DNA of 29,271 bases from Promethearchaeota archaeon. Its GTDB lineage: Archaea; Asgardarchaeota; Hermodarchaeia; Hermodarchaeales; Hermodarchaeaceae. Below are positions 9,166-17,876 of the stretch, in pieces (the stretch's first letter is position 1; each line of letters begins with the position of its first letter). The notes under the pieces were generated by a model. The model did no database searches, had not been told where the DNA came from, and saw only the letters and a list, made by a program, of their open reading frames with translations. Location of the stretch: contig JBHLPH010000012.1 of NCBI GenBank assembly GCA_048939625.1, forward strand, positions 33,086 to 62,356. Reading direction: 5' to 3'. Both the position numbers and the translations under genes were made by a program.

Positions 9166-10374
9166 CTAATGGTTTTTAATTTCACTTCTTTGACAAGGAC
9201 AAATCCGGAACCCAACCTTTTTGTTAAACAAGATCACCATCAAGAAGCTATTTGAGAAAACAAGAATTGTGCTTAGCCTGTAATGAAAGTGTCCTAGGAG
9301 CTGAGTGAGGTCGACTTTCATTAGGTAAACATTATACTCGTTCCACAAACTCATGGTAAAGTAGACAATGCGTCCGTTATCTTCAACGAGGATAGGGTCG
9401 ATATTGGGAGCATAGAATCCAATATATTCAGGTCGGGAAATGATGGTGCGTGGTGGACTCCAAGGACCCCACGGTGATTGAGCTGTTCGTACATAGATTT
9501 TTTTGGCAACATCGTCAAGATTCAGCATCATATACTTTTCAAGATAAGTATTCCACATGATGCTAATTTCACCCGTTGGGGCCTCCAAGACTAGTTCAGC
9601 GTCATTATGGTTGTCGGTCCATAATGGTACTTCACTAGCCCCTTGCCCAGCGTAATATTGGTAACTGCTTTCATTTAGAATCTGGGTTTCCTGAACTCGG
9701 GCTAAGTAGCAGGAGTCATTCCGTCCACTCCCTGTGGTGAGAAAATAAAGATATCCACCGGAAGCTGGGGCTCCGCTTCCCCCTTTAATAATTCCCCATT
9801 CAATGAAGTGTGAATCCCCTGGCCACGACATATTATAGGCTTCAGTGAAGGTGTGTCCATCCAGTGTATAAGCGATACTGGCATTATTGCATATCCAATC
9901 GCCATGTTCTCCCCAACTAATAACTGACATCACGTAAACATACATGCAATCGTCCACCACGACTGCAGTGGTTGGGATAATCGTTGTCTCAACATCCTCA
10001 ATTTTTGCACTATGAATCAATTCCTTCGCCAAGTGTGTCGCTGAATCAGTGATCCATCCCGTCAGCACAATGCCGTCCGAAGGATCCGTATCATCAGTAT
10101 AAGCCATTGTATTGGATCGCCAATCCCACTTATCTGGCCCAAAGGTGTCCCCAAAAATGAAATGAAGACGGTCGTGAAAGACAATCATCAATCCAATGTC
10201 CGTACCAAAAACATTGACAACGGTTGTGTCATTTGTTGCCTCCTCCCCTGTGAGTTGACACACCATTTCATGTGGGAGTTGTAACCATTGGGGGAGATTA
10301 ATCAAAATGACTGCGATTCCGAGCGTTAATAGGAGAAGGACTAAAATCCCAGCCACAATCCATCGACGTTTCAT
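9166..10374 (-). CDS. Membrane-anchored DUF4185-family (beta-propeller glycoside hydrolase-like, GH183) protein
   Basis: N-terminal signal/TM helix; GTDIG and FIFGDTF motifs, IPT, GEISIMWN, RTAQSPWGPWS, FTMSLWNEYNVYLM typical of DUF4185. Confidence 0.75.
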   Translation of the reverse strand: MKRRWIVAGILVLLLLTLGIAVILINLPQWLQLPHEMVCQLTGEEATNDTTVVNVFGTDIGLMIVFHDRLHFIFGDTFGPDKWDWRSNTMAYTDDTDPSDGIVLTGWITDSATHLAKELIHSAKIEDVETTIIPTTAVVVDDCMYVYVMSVISWGEHGDWICNNASIAYTLDGHTFTEAYNMSWPGDSHFIEWGIIKGGSGAPASGGYLYFLTTGSGRNDSCYLARVQETQILNESSYQYYAGQGASEVPLWTDNHNDAELVLEAPTGEISIMWNTYLEKYMMLNLDDVAKKIYVRTAQSPWGPWSPPRTIISRPEYIGFYAPNIDPILVEDNGRIVYFTMSLWNEYNVYLMKVDLTQLLGHFHYRLSTILVFSNSFLMVILFNKKVGFRICPCQRSEIKNH

Positions 10375-10545
10375 CTTCTAAACTCCAAGAGTTATTCTGA
10401 AATAGAATTACCGCGATTCTGGCTTCAGTATTTTAATGCCTGATAGATTACCCTTTGACATACTAAATAGCTATGTTTATTGAGGCTTGTGCTATATCCT
10501 CTTTGTTTTTAAGGAGAAAAGGCTGAATGAGGACGAGGTATCCTT

Positions 10546-11136
10546 ATGGTAGAAGCTGGAAAAGAAGCCATCCCGATGTGGATGCGGCTAGTTGAAGTGA
10601 TTATTGGGATTTTGGCAATCATACTTGCCATAATCATCTTCCTTGCACCAACATATCTAACGGCACTCATCTTCGTTCTCGCCATGTGTACTGTCATTGC
10701 CATTCTTGGACTAGGATTAATCTACCGAGGAATTATCCAAAAGGAGCGAACAGGTGCCATGCGATTCCTGATGATTATTGGTGGGATAATTCTCATCATT
10801 TTGGGGATCTACCTTTATGTTGACTATACTCTCTTTGCGGCCTTGCTCCTTGTGTGGATTTTCGGCATTGCCTTAGCTATCGATGGAATCTTATCTATCG
10901 TTTACGCTTTTGGTTCCTTACGTCTAAAAAGTTGGCAACGTTGGGTTTTGATCCTCATCGGTATAATTGAAGCGATTCTAGCGCTCTTCGTTGTAGTTGT
11001 TCCCCTCTTGGGTATCGACGTATTCAACGTGTTAGTAGTTGTTGCCCTCATTATGGTCGGTATCGCCTACATCATTGCTGGACTAATGGGTGAGGTATAC
11101 ATCCCACAACCTCCCTCAGGAATGGGCAAGGAATAA
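10546..11136 (+). CDS. HdeD/DUF308-like integral membrane protein
   Basis: About six TM helices with repeated GILAIILAI / GIILIILGI / GIIEAILAL helix-P motifs. Confidence 0.7.
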   Translation: MVEAGKEAIPMWMRLVEVIIGILAIILAIIIFLAPTYLTALIFVLAMCTVIAILGLGLIYRGIIQKERTGAMRFLMIIGGIILIILGIYLYVDYTLFAALLLVWIFGIALAIDGILSIVYAFGSLRLKSWQRWVLILIGIIEAILALFVVVVPLLGIDVFNVLVVVALIMVGIAYIIAGLMGEVYIPQPPSGMGKE

Positions 11137-11339
11137 CCAATCCATTAAGTGACCCTTCAATGCATTTAAACTCTGAACACATTTCAGAGTAGCCAGAGAA
11201 TTCAAGTGCGTACACTAGTTGATGGTAGAACCTTAATCATAGACCCTACAATCGAAGCTGGATAAGAAAGAAGAGGAATTCTCGTTAATCCTACGAATTT
11301 AAAAGGTGAATCAAATAACAGCCGCGCAGGTGTTTCACA

Positions 11340-11903
11340 TTGGAATCTGAACAAAGTCCTATGTGGTTAAGAATCCTCAAAATTATATTCGGTATAATTG
11401 CGATTATCTTATCCTTCTGGTTGATCTTCATTCCTCCACTGGCTGGTTTCTTCTTTCTAGTGTTTCTATTTGCTACTGGGTTCCTCCTTGTCGGAATTAT
11501 CGCAATCATTCGAGGTATATTCAATCGACAGCTCCCAAGCTGGCTACGAATCATCAACATCATCTTAGGCATAATTATTCTCATTCTTGCCCCACTCCCC
11601 TGGCTTGAACCAAGCGGAATACTAGTAACTGCCGTTATGATCCTTTGGCTGATGTCCTTTGGACTCATTTTCTACGGATTAACAAGCCTAATGATGGGTA
11701 TTGCTGCGGGACAAGCGCCTGGATGGTATCGAGCAATCCTTGTCATCTTAGGTCCAATCCTCATGATCATTGGTTTCTATGTCATCGCATACCCAATTTG
11801 GGGTCTTGCCTTTACACTCTGGATGCTCTGTTTCGGACTCATCTTTGCAGGGTTTGAACTACTGATCTCGGGAGCCACCGGTCAAAACCCACGAGCGGCT
11901 TAA
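11340..11903 (+). CDS. HdeD/DUF308-like integral membrane protein (tandem paralogue)
   Basis: Three internal P-x-W-x-R repeats (PMWLR, PSWLR, PGWYR), each followed by a TM pair. Shares PMW.R with the upstream gene. TTG start. Confidence 0.7.
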   Translation: MESEQSPMWLRILKIIFGIIAIILSFWLIFIPPLAGFFFLVFLFATGFLLVGIIAIIRGIFNRQLPSWLRIINIILGIIILILAPLPWLEPSGILVTAVMILWLMSFGLIFYGLTSLMMGIAAGQAPGWYRAILVILGPILMIIGFYVIAYPIWGLAFTLWMLCFGLIFAGFELLISGATGQNPRAA

Positions 11904-11930
11904 TCGCTAAGGTAATAATCAATTAGTCGT

Positions 11931-11966
11931 GTGTCTTCCAATACGGAAGACACCCATTTCTTTTTT
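11931..11966 (+). terminator. Hairpin plus T-tract terminator
   Basis: Perfect 9-bp stem GTGTCTTCC-AATAC-GGAAGACAC followed by CCATTTCTTTTTT, between convergent genes. Confidence 0.7.
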
Positions 11967-12439
11967 CACAGATTCGACCATTTTGAGGCTAATTCATCAC
12001 GCCGTGGCTTATAGACTGAGTTGAAAAACCCAGTTTGGGAGAGAAGTGTCTCCTTCTCAAATGTGCCCACATACTCTAGCGCATCTTGCCAAGCCTGATC
12101 GAATGCAGTGCCAAATCTTGCTTCAATTTGGCGGGTGAACTCTTCTTCGGTCTGGATTTTACCACCGATTGTAAAGTAAAGTGGACCATCATTTTGGGGG
12201 GCTTTGAAGGCAACTTCACTTCCAAGATGATATGCTTCAGGCGTTTCAGTGATAGGTTTTTTCTTTATTTCAATTCGAGATCGTTTGACAGGTTTTTGAC
12301 CTTTGAACCCTCGCTTTGCAGCTGCATAGAAAATCGCACGATTTAAACCCCAGCTTTTTGCAGAAGGTATTCCCAAGCCAAGGATGTGTGCCCGTGCAGC
12401 CTGTAATAGCGCCATGACTTGAAATCGTCCTACGGCCAT
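11966..12439 (-). CDS. Conserved hypothetical protein (basic N-terminus)
   Basis: Protein-like ORF (GRFQVMALLQAARA...AKSWGLNRAIFYAAAKRG...FFNSVYKPRRDELASKW). ATG 12439 is preceded by SD GGTGAG; the ORF track start at 12493 is probably too long. Confidence 0.7.
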   Translation of the reverse strand: MAVGRFQVMALLQAARAHILGLGIPSAKSWGLNRAIFYAAAKRGFKGQKPVKRSRIEIKKKPITETPEAYHLGSEVAFKAPQNDGPLYFTIGGKIQTEEEFTRQIEARFGTAFDQAWQDALEYVGTFEKETLLSQTGFFNSVYKPRRDELASKWSNL

Positions 12440-12549
12440 AAACTCACCATAGGATGATTGGTGTTTTTTCCCCTTAGCTTTTCTCCTGACCAAATATTAG
12501 AGACAAAAAAACAAATACTTACCAACAGAGGTTGTGTAGTTAAGATATC

Positions 12550-12917
12550 GTGTTGGAGTCATTGATAATACCGCGTTACCGTGTCCTCTTTCATCTTGAT
12601 GAAGGCGGTACCCTTCGGTTAAAACTCACTCTGAGTAATATCCACAGCCTTCTCAACGATTTAGATGACAGAGAGCTTCTTGTCGAATGTGTAGTAAATG
12701 GAGTAGGAGTGAAACTGTTCCAGCGTTCAGCAGAAACGGAGCGAGAGACAATTGAAATCCTCACTGAGCGAGGTATTCAGTTTGTGCTTTGTGAAAACTC
12801 ACTAGTCCTTTTCGAATTATCCAAAAAAGATATGTCAAGTGCTGTTGGGTTTGTCTCCTCAGGGGGGGTGAATTGGTAAAGAAACAAGTTGAGGGATGGG
12901 TTTATCGCAAACCCTGA
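12550..12917 (+). pseudogene. DsrE/DsrF-like protein interrupted by a frameshift in a G7 tract
   Basis: RVLFHLDE...NIHSLL...VVNGVGV...FVLCENSL. The frame stops at 12879, but the shifted frame after G7 (12862-12868) reads GELVKKQVEGWVYRKP* (stop 12915-12917), the typical DsrE-like C-terminus. Confidence 0.8.
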
Positions 12918-12946
12918 AATCCCTTGCAGTGAATTTAAAAAACTAG

Positions 12947-13123
12947 TTAGTTCTTCAAGGATAATGGCTTTCCACAGCATTCGAAGGTACACGGAGCCGC
13001 ACAGCCACAAGTTCCTTCTTCTGTTTCACATTCCGTACATTCCGCAACGACTTGGAGTTCAAGGCCACAATCCTCACAAGTGAAGATTTGACCTTTTTTC
13101 ATTTCATGACAATGAGTACTCAT
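12947..13123 (-). CDS. Small Cys-rich metal-binding protein, desulforedoxin-like
   Basis: KKGQIFTCEDCG...CCGKPL (CxxC...CC pattern of desulforedoxin), 10 Cys in 58 aa. ATG 13123 with SD GGTGA. Confidence 0.75.
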   Translation of the reverse strand: MSTHCHEMKKGQIFTCEDCGLELQVVAECTECETEEGTCGCAAPCTFECCGKPLSLKN

Positions 13124-13225
13124 ACTTAAGTTCACCATGATTGGTTAGTTAGGGAGTGTGTCATGGTGAAGGTAAATAAATCTTTACTAGTTACGACACT
13201 CGAAAATATGCTTTTGGAAAAAGGT

Positions 13226-13435
13226 TCAGATAACCGCAGCTTTCTCAACCGTAGTTATCCATTGTCCTTTTTCATTGTATAACTTCGCACCCTTCCTTAA
13301 AAGTCCCTGAATTGGTTTTTGAGCACCACACCGCCGGCATACATCCATTACGCCTTCAATTGCACCCTCCGGTTCATTGTTAAGTCGCGCATACATTTGA
13401 ACGTAGTCATGCCGACCAAGAAGACATCGGGCCAT
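13226..13435 (-). CDS. Small putative Zn-finger protein (C-x4-H ... CxxC, DUF1660-like)
   Basis: MARCLLGRHDY...VCRRCG; SD-like GAGTGA upstream. Confidence 0.55.
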   Translation of the reverse strand: MARCLLGRHDYVQMYARLNNEPEGAIEGVMDVCRRCGAQKPIQGLLRKGAKLYNEKGQWITTVEKAAVI

Positions 13436-13492
13436 TAAATCACTCGCCTTTTGTGATAAGCCTTTATGATTACAGGAAATAACCTGAACCGC

Positions 13493-13512
13493 AGCCGGGG
13501 GGGAGATTTGAA
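13493..13512 (-). other. tRNA 3'-end fragment (possible att remnant)
   Basis: Minus strand TTCAAAT-CTCCC-CCCCGGC-T matches T-loop, 3' T-stem, 7-nt acceptor 3' strand and discriminator. No 5' T-stem or rest of a tRNA is present. Confidence 0.4.
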
Positions 13513-13607
13513 GGGATTAGAGGGTGTAGAGGATTGGGAAGTTATTCCTTAATATCACTTATTCTTCTTATGGATTCTTATCACTATCCCTTACGGTGAC
13601 CACGTAC

Positions 13608-14375
13608 CTATTTTGATGCGTATAACGCATCAACAGCTTTTATCGCCGCTTCTATTTCTTTAGAGATGGCTTCTACTAGCAAGGGATCTTGTTCGCCACT
13701 GGCTTCGGTTTCATCGGCTTGTTCACCTTTCTGATCTCTATGGAGATTTCCATCACATGCAAGAATTGATCCTGCCTGTAATCCCCGAGATTGGGCAAAG
13801 ACAAAAAGTAGAGAGGATTCCATTTCAACACATTGTACGTGAGCTCGAGTCCACCGTCCAAGGATATCGGTTTCACGATGATTATAATAGATGTCAGTAG
13901 ACCACACGATACCAGCATGAATTCGATTGGCAGGGAGAAGTCCCGAAATTCCGGTTAATAACGCTGAATAGATTTCTGGCGTAGCCACTGCAGGATATTC
14001 AATCGGGGTATAATTGGTACTTGTTAGTTCATCCCGAACAGCACCCGTGGCTACCACTACATCTCCAGTTTTTACTTCGGGATTGACACCCCCACAAGAC
14101 CCAATTCGAATGAAAGTTCTGGCCCCCAATTTTGCTAATTCTTCAGTAACAATATGTGTTGAAGGTGTACCCATCCCCGATGTGGCAACTGTCACTTCGA
14201 CACCCTTAGGGGTGAATGCCCGATAGGAGACTAATCCACGGTAATTTCCAATTTCTTCTGCTTCCGTCATTTTCGCAGCAATTTTTGGAATACGGTCTGG
14301 GTTTCCAGCGATAAAAACCACATTGGCTACATCGCCTTCACCAAGTCGTATGTGTGGTTGAATCCGTTTCTTCAA
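13608..14375 (-). CDS. Nucleoside phosphorylase (uridine/purine phosphorylase, NP-I family)
   Basis: QPHI, GNPDRI, SGMGTPS, EEL, FIRIGSCG, GAVRDE, CVEMESS. TTG start with SD GGTGA. Confidence 0.92.
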   Translation of the reverse strand: MKKRIQPHIRLGEGDVANVVFIAGNPDRIPKIAAKMTEAEEIGNYRGLVSYRAFTPKGVEVTVATSGMGTPSTHIVTEELAKLGARTFIRIGSCGGVNPEVKTGDVVVATGAVRDELTSTNYTPIEYPAVATPEIYSALLTGISGLLPANRIHAGIVWSTDIYYNHRETDILGRWTRAHVQCVEMESSLLFVFAQSRGLQAGSILACDGNLHRDQKGEQADETEASGEQDPLLVEAISKEIEAAIKAVDALYASK

Positions 14376-14456
14376 GAGGGAATCACCGCGTAATCATGGC
14401 AGTGATTTCCCTCATTAACCTTTGGAAAACTAAGCTAGTTTACAAATCCAGTCAAA

Positions 14457-14942
14457 CTAATGTATGTGCTTATGTGATACATCAGTTCCTCGGTGGACAT
14501 GAATAGCGACTACTTCCCCCTGCGCGCATTCAATTTTGTCTGAATATAACGAACAGGTTACTGTTACTTTACGATCTTTGATTTCTTTGACTTTTGCGCG
14601 AAGGGTGACCAGGCTATTGACAGGGGTTGGTTTGAGGTATTTGACAAAGAGTGAGCCCGTGACATAGTCTTTGGGGGGATCTGAATTCAATTCACGTCCC
14701 TCAGCTTTGTATGCAGCGGCATTTGCCGTATTTGTGGCATGACAATCAATGAGGGTGGCAATAATTCCACCACATAACACTCCAGGAAATGCCAAATGAT
14801 AGGATTTAGGTTGGAAGGTTGCGACGACCTCTTCACCGTCCCAATAACTTTTCAGCTGTAGCCCATTGGGATTGTTCCGTCCACATCCCCAGCAGACGGA
14901 GCCCCATTCAGGCCATTGGTCTTGGATCGCTTTCCGTGCCAT
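14457..14942 (-). CDS. PaaI/hot-dog fold thioesterase
   Basis: CWGCGRNNPNGLQL, GVLCGGIIATLIDCH, YVTGSLFVKYLKPTP. Start moved to ATG 14942 (SD GGTGA). Confidence 0.88.
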   Translation of the reverse strand: MARKAIQDQWPEWGSVCWGCGRNNPNGLQLKSYWDGEEVVATFQPKSYHLAFPGVLCGGIIATLIDCHATNTANAAAYKAEGRELNSDPPKDYVTGSLFVKYLKPTPVNSLVTLRAKVKEIKDRKVTVTCSLYSDKIECAQGEVVAIHVHRGTDVSHKHIH

Positions 14943-15001
14943 GTTGCTTTCACCATGGGAGACCGAATATACACCTAATATGCCTAAGAGTTGTCCGGTT
15001 G

Positions 15002-15826
15002 CTAGATTTGACAGGTCGGACACAGGTAACTTGTCGTATTGCCAATGCGGAGTTCTTTGATTATTGTTTTGCACGTTGGACAGGACTTGCCTGTTTTGTA
15101 GGCGATTTGGGGCCATCCGACGATTTTTCCCCACTGCCCGCGATTTCCCCAAAGATCTTGTTCTCCAGGTCCGGGTCCGTATCGAATCCCGTCTTGAAGC
15201 ACATGCTGAATTGCTCGATGTAAATTCTTCACTTCAATAGGTTTCAGTGAATTGGCCTTGCGATCAGGATGAAGGCGGGCATGCCATAGGATGTCTTGGA
15301 TGTATACATTTCCTATACCAGCGATGAAGTGTTGGTTAAGCAAGTAGCTTTTAATTCGCCCTCGTTTTCCTTCAAGCATTGAGACGAACTTCGTTTCTGT
15401 AAACTCGTCACTTAAGGGTTCGATTCCGAGAGTTCCGATCTGTGGGTGACTTTTCAATTCACTCGGTTTGAGAAGATGAATATTACCAAACCACCAGAAA
15501 TGCGCCCAAAGTTGACTGCCATCAGAAAATGAAAAAACCACACGCTCCCTGTTCGGATCAGGCACAAGTGGTGGCCATTGCAATCGCAACTCTCCTCCCA
15601 TTCCCAAGTTAAATGCCAGTGTCCATTCATTATCTAATATACTAAGTAGCCATTTCCCCCGTTGATGGAAGGAGTGGAAAATCCTTTCCTTCATATTCTT
15701 CTTGAATTTAGAAACCGACTGATACAACACCTTTGGTTGATTTACAGTGGTTTTAACAACCTGTTTGGAAGCAAGACCATCTGTCATGCTCTGAGCCAAC
15801 AAGACAATATCTGGTAATTCAGGCAC
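15002..15826 (-). CDS. mutM: Fpg/Nei-family DNA glycosylase/AP lyase
   Basis: N-terminal MPELPD, RGK, LGMGG, LGIEPL, H2TH IAGIGNVY, C-terminal CPTC...CPTCQ zinc finger. Confidence 0.88.
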   Translation of the reverse strand: MPELPDIVLLAQSMTDGLASKQVVKTTVNQPKVLYQSVSKFKKNMKERIFHSFHQRGKWLLSILDNEWTLAFNLGMGGELRLQWPPLVPDPNRERVVFSFSDGSQLWAHFWWFGNIHLLKPSELKSHPQIGTLGIEPLSDEFTETKFVSMLEGKRGRIKSYLLNQHFIAGIGNVYIQDILWHARLHPDRKANSLKPIEVKNLHRAIQHVLQDGIRYGPGPGEQDLWGNRGQWGKIVGWPQIAYKTGKSCPTCKTIIKELRIGNTTSYLCPTCQI

Positions 15827-15891
15827 CGTGTTCGCTTCCCTTCATAGCTTCTGATATTCTTTGATATATTTGGAATAAGAAAATAAGGATA

Positions 15892-15992
15892 ATTGGCGGG
15901 GGGCGGAGACTAGAAGAATCGCCAACAGCTGGGTGGCATATGTGATCCCGCCAATGCGACCATCCTTCCAAACTTCTCAAGCGCCTCCGCCC
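15892..15992 (-). ncRNA. Candidate small structured RNA (long hairpin with pseudoknot or alternative pairing), family unknown
   Basis: GC-rich island in an AT-rich intergenic region. 10-bp terminal stem 15983-15992/15901-15910; second helix 15956-15970/15911-15922 with G-U pairs on the minus strand; 9-bp 15947-15955/15892-15900 pairing. TATA-like hexamers upstream and a T-rich run downstream. Confidence 0.55.
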
Positions 15993-16079
15993 TTACGAGA
16001 AGCAACCAGAATATAACTCACGCGGTTTATACGGATTCCCATTACGGCATTTCCCCGAGTGGATAAATTCACTACTGAT

Positions 16080-16838
16080 TTAGAGTGTCTTCAGAAATGC
16101 TGAAATCGCTTGATTAACCTTGAAAGGTTGTTCCAGCATCACTAAATGGCCTGCCTGTTCAATGACGCATAACTCAGCATTAGGGATAGTATCAGCAAGG
16201 AATTGGGACCATTTTACAGGTGTCATTTGATCCTCCTGACCCACAATTACGAGCGTCGGAACCTCAATTGTCTGTACTTTCTCTCGTATATCAAATTGAT
16301 TACAGGCGACAAAATCAGCATATCCAACATCTGGGTCGCAAGACTGACATTCGGTTTTACTTAACTCTACTAACTTCGAATCAGCTCCCGGTGCAAAGGC
16401 AAGGTGTCCAATGGCTAAGTCAATTCCAGTTTTGAAATCAGTCTTCAAGCCTTGCAAGATTGCCGGTAAAACACCCAGTTTAGCACCTGTACCAATCAGA
16501 ATTAATCCCTGCAGCAACTCAGGGAAATCCAAAGCAAGTTGAAGGGTAATCGCTCCACCCAATGAGTGGCCAACCGGAACCACCCTTTCCATCCCTAATT
16601 CTTGGATGAATTGTGCCACAATGGTGGCAAAATATGGAACAGTGATTTCTCCCTCAAGAGGATCAGACCCACCATGCCCAGGTAAGTCCAGAAGGATTAA
16701 CCGCGCCTCATTAGCTAGAGAATACTGTTGATCCCAGAGCCGATGCCGATACAATGACCCATGAATCATCACTAAGGGAATCCCCTGACCCTTGTCATCG
16801 TAATAGATTCGCTTGCCCGATAAGGTGAGATACATCAT
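16080..16838 (-). CDS. Alpha/beta-fold hydrolase
   Basis: MIHGS oxyanion motif, DLPGHG, nucleophile GHSLGG, GQED and AGH catalytic Asp/His. Confidence 0.92.
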   Translation of the reverse strand: MMYLTLSGKRIYYDDKGQGIPLVMIHGSLYRHRLWDQQYSLANEARLILLDLPGHGGSDPLEGEITVPYFATIVAQFIQELGMERVVPVGHSLGGAITLQLALDFPELLQGLILIGTGAKLGVLPAILQGLKTDFKTGIDLAIGHLAFAPGADSKLVELSKTECQSCDPDVGYADFVACNQFDIREKVQTIEVPTLVIVGQEDQMTPVKWSQFLADTIPNAELCVIEQAGHLVMLEQPFKVNQAISAFLKTL

Positions 16839-17046
16839 GGAATCGTGGTGACTTTTATGACTGACTACTTAAATTCTACATTTTAAAACAAATGAAGGAA
16901 ACCACACCAAAATCTTAGGAGATAAGCACATCTGGAATTGACCTAAAAATGTCCTTTGGTTCTAGATTCGCCACTAACGATAAATCCTCTCCACAAACAA
17001 ATAGTTCTTGATGGGTCTAACAATCAGTCAATCTGTATTGATTGAA

Positions 17047-17871
17047 CTATCCTCCAGGGCCTTCATACCTGCGACGACCTTGGTTCCAGACAAATTGGGC
17101 GAGTAGCCATAGTATTACTAGCCATACAATACTGAGGATTGCTATTGGTAGTAACTGCTCAGGAAGATAGTATCCCTGGAGTATGATAGCAGGAACGTAG
17201 TAGCAGTATTGGAAAGGCAAGAGACTGAATGCTAGCTGTAGAGGGGGTGGAAAGAAACTGAGGGGGATGAGTCCGCCTCCGGCGATGATCATGAGGAGGC
17301 TGAGTAGGTTGCGAAGCCACCATTGCCGATTGATCCAGAAAGTCCCTAATGACATGGTGAAGACTAAGAGGAAGGCGACAAGATAGGCGTTGAGGAAAAA
17401 CGGGAGGAATAGCAAGAAATTGTATAGGGTAGGTATTGGAAGAGGAAGGAAGAACGTTGTAATGAGGTAGGTGAAGCCTCCGAATACGATGTAGAGGAGC
17501 GAGCGAGGCAGTTCACTGAAGAAGCGGAATCCAGCATAGTCGATGGGCTTGGAGAGATACGATACTAGGGGGCCACGATCGATGTCATTTTCAATTTCCA
17601 CACTAAGCCGCCACCGTGGGAGGGCTCGTGAAATGATGAGCGCAATGAAGAGATAGCTGAGGAGTTCTAGGTAGGTGAACCCGCCAATTACGAGTGTACC
17701 ATTTAGCAAAAATGCCTGCATATAGACAATCCAGTAGACTAAGCCTAATGCTATTATTTGAGCTGGAAAAAAGGCAAAATGGGTGAGAAAGTCTATGGTA
17801 TACTGACGGGTATTGCGGAAGGAAATGCGTGTGACTGCCAGATAACTTTCTAACCGGGTTCGTATTGCCAT
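17047..17871 (-). CDS. ABC-2 type exporter permease (DUF990/ABC2_membrane_6-like)
   Basis: Six TM segments, DIDRGPLVSYLSKP, GGLIPLSFFP, LPFQY...P, C-terminal GRRRYEGPGG. ATG 17871 with SD GGAGG. Confidence 0.85.
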   Translation of the reverse strand: MAIRTRLESYLAVTRISFRNTRQYTIDFLTHFAFFPAQIIALGLVYWIVYMQAFLLNGTLVIGGFTYLELLSYLFIALIISRALPRWRLSVEIENDIDRGPLVSYLSKPIDYAGFRFFSELPRSLLYIVFGGFTYLITTFFLPLPIPTLYNFLLFLPFFLNAYLVAFLLVFTMSLGTFWINRQWWLRNLLSLLMIIAGGGLIPLSFFPPPLQLAFSLLPFQYCYYVPAIILQGYYLPEQLLPIAILSIVWLVILWLLAQFVWNQGRRRYEGPGG

Positions 17872-17876
17872 CTGGG

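Noticed and set aside
15892-15992. tRNA/tRNA-Sec, 5S rRNA or HDV-like ribozyme
   Set aside because: No TTC T-loop or cloverleaf, no 5S conserved motifs, and no P1.1/P3/P4 arrangement.
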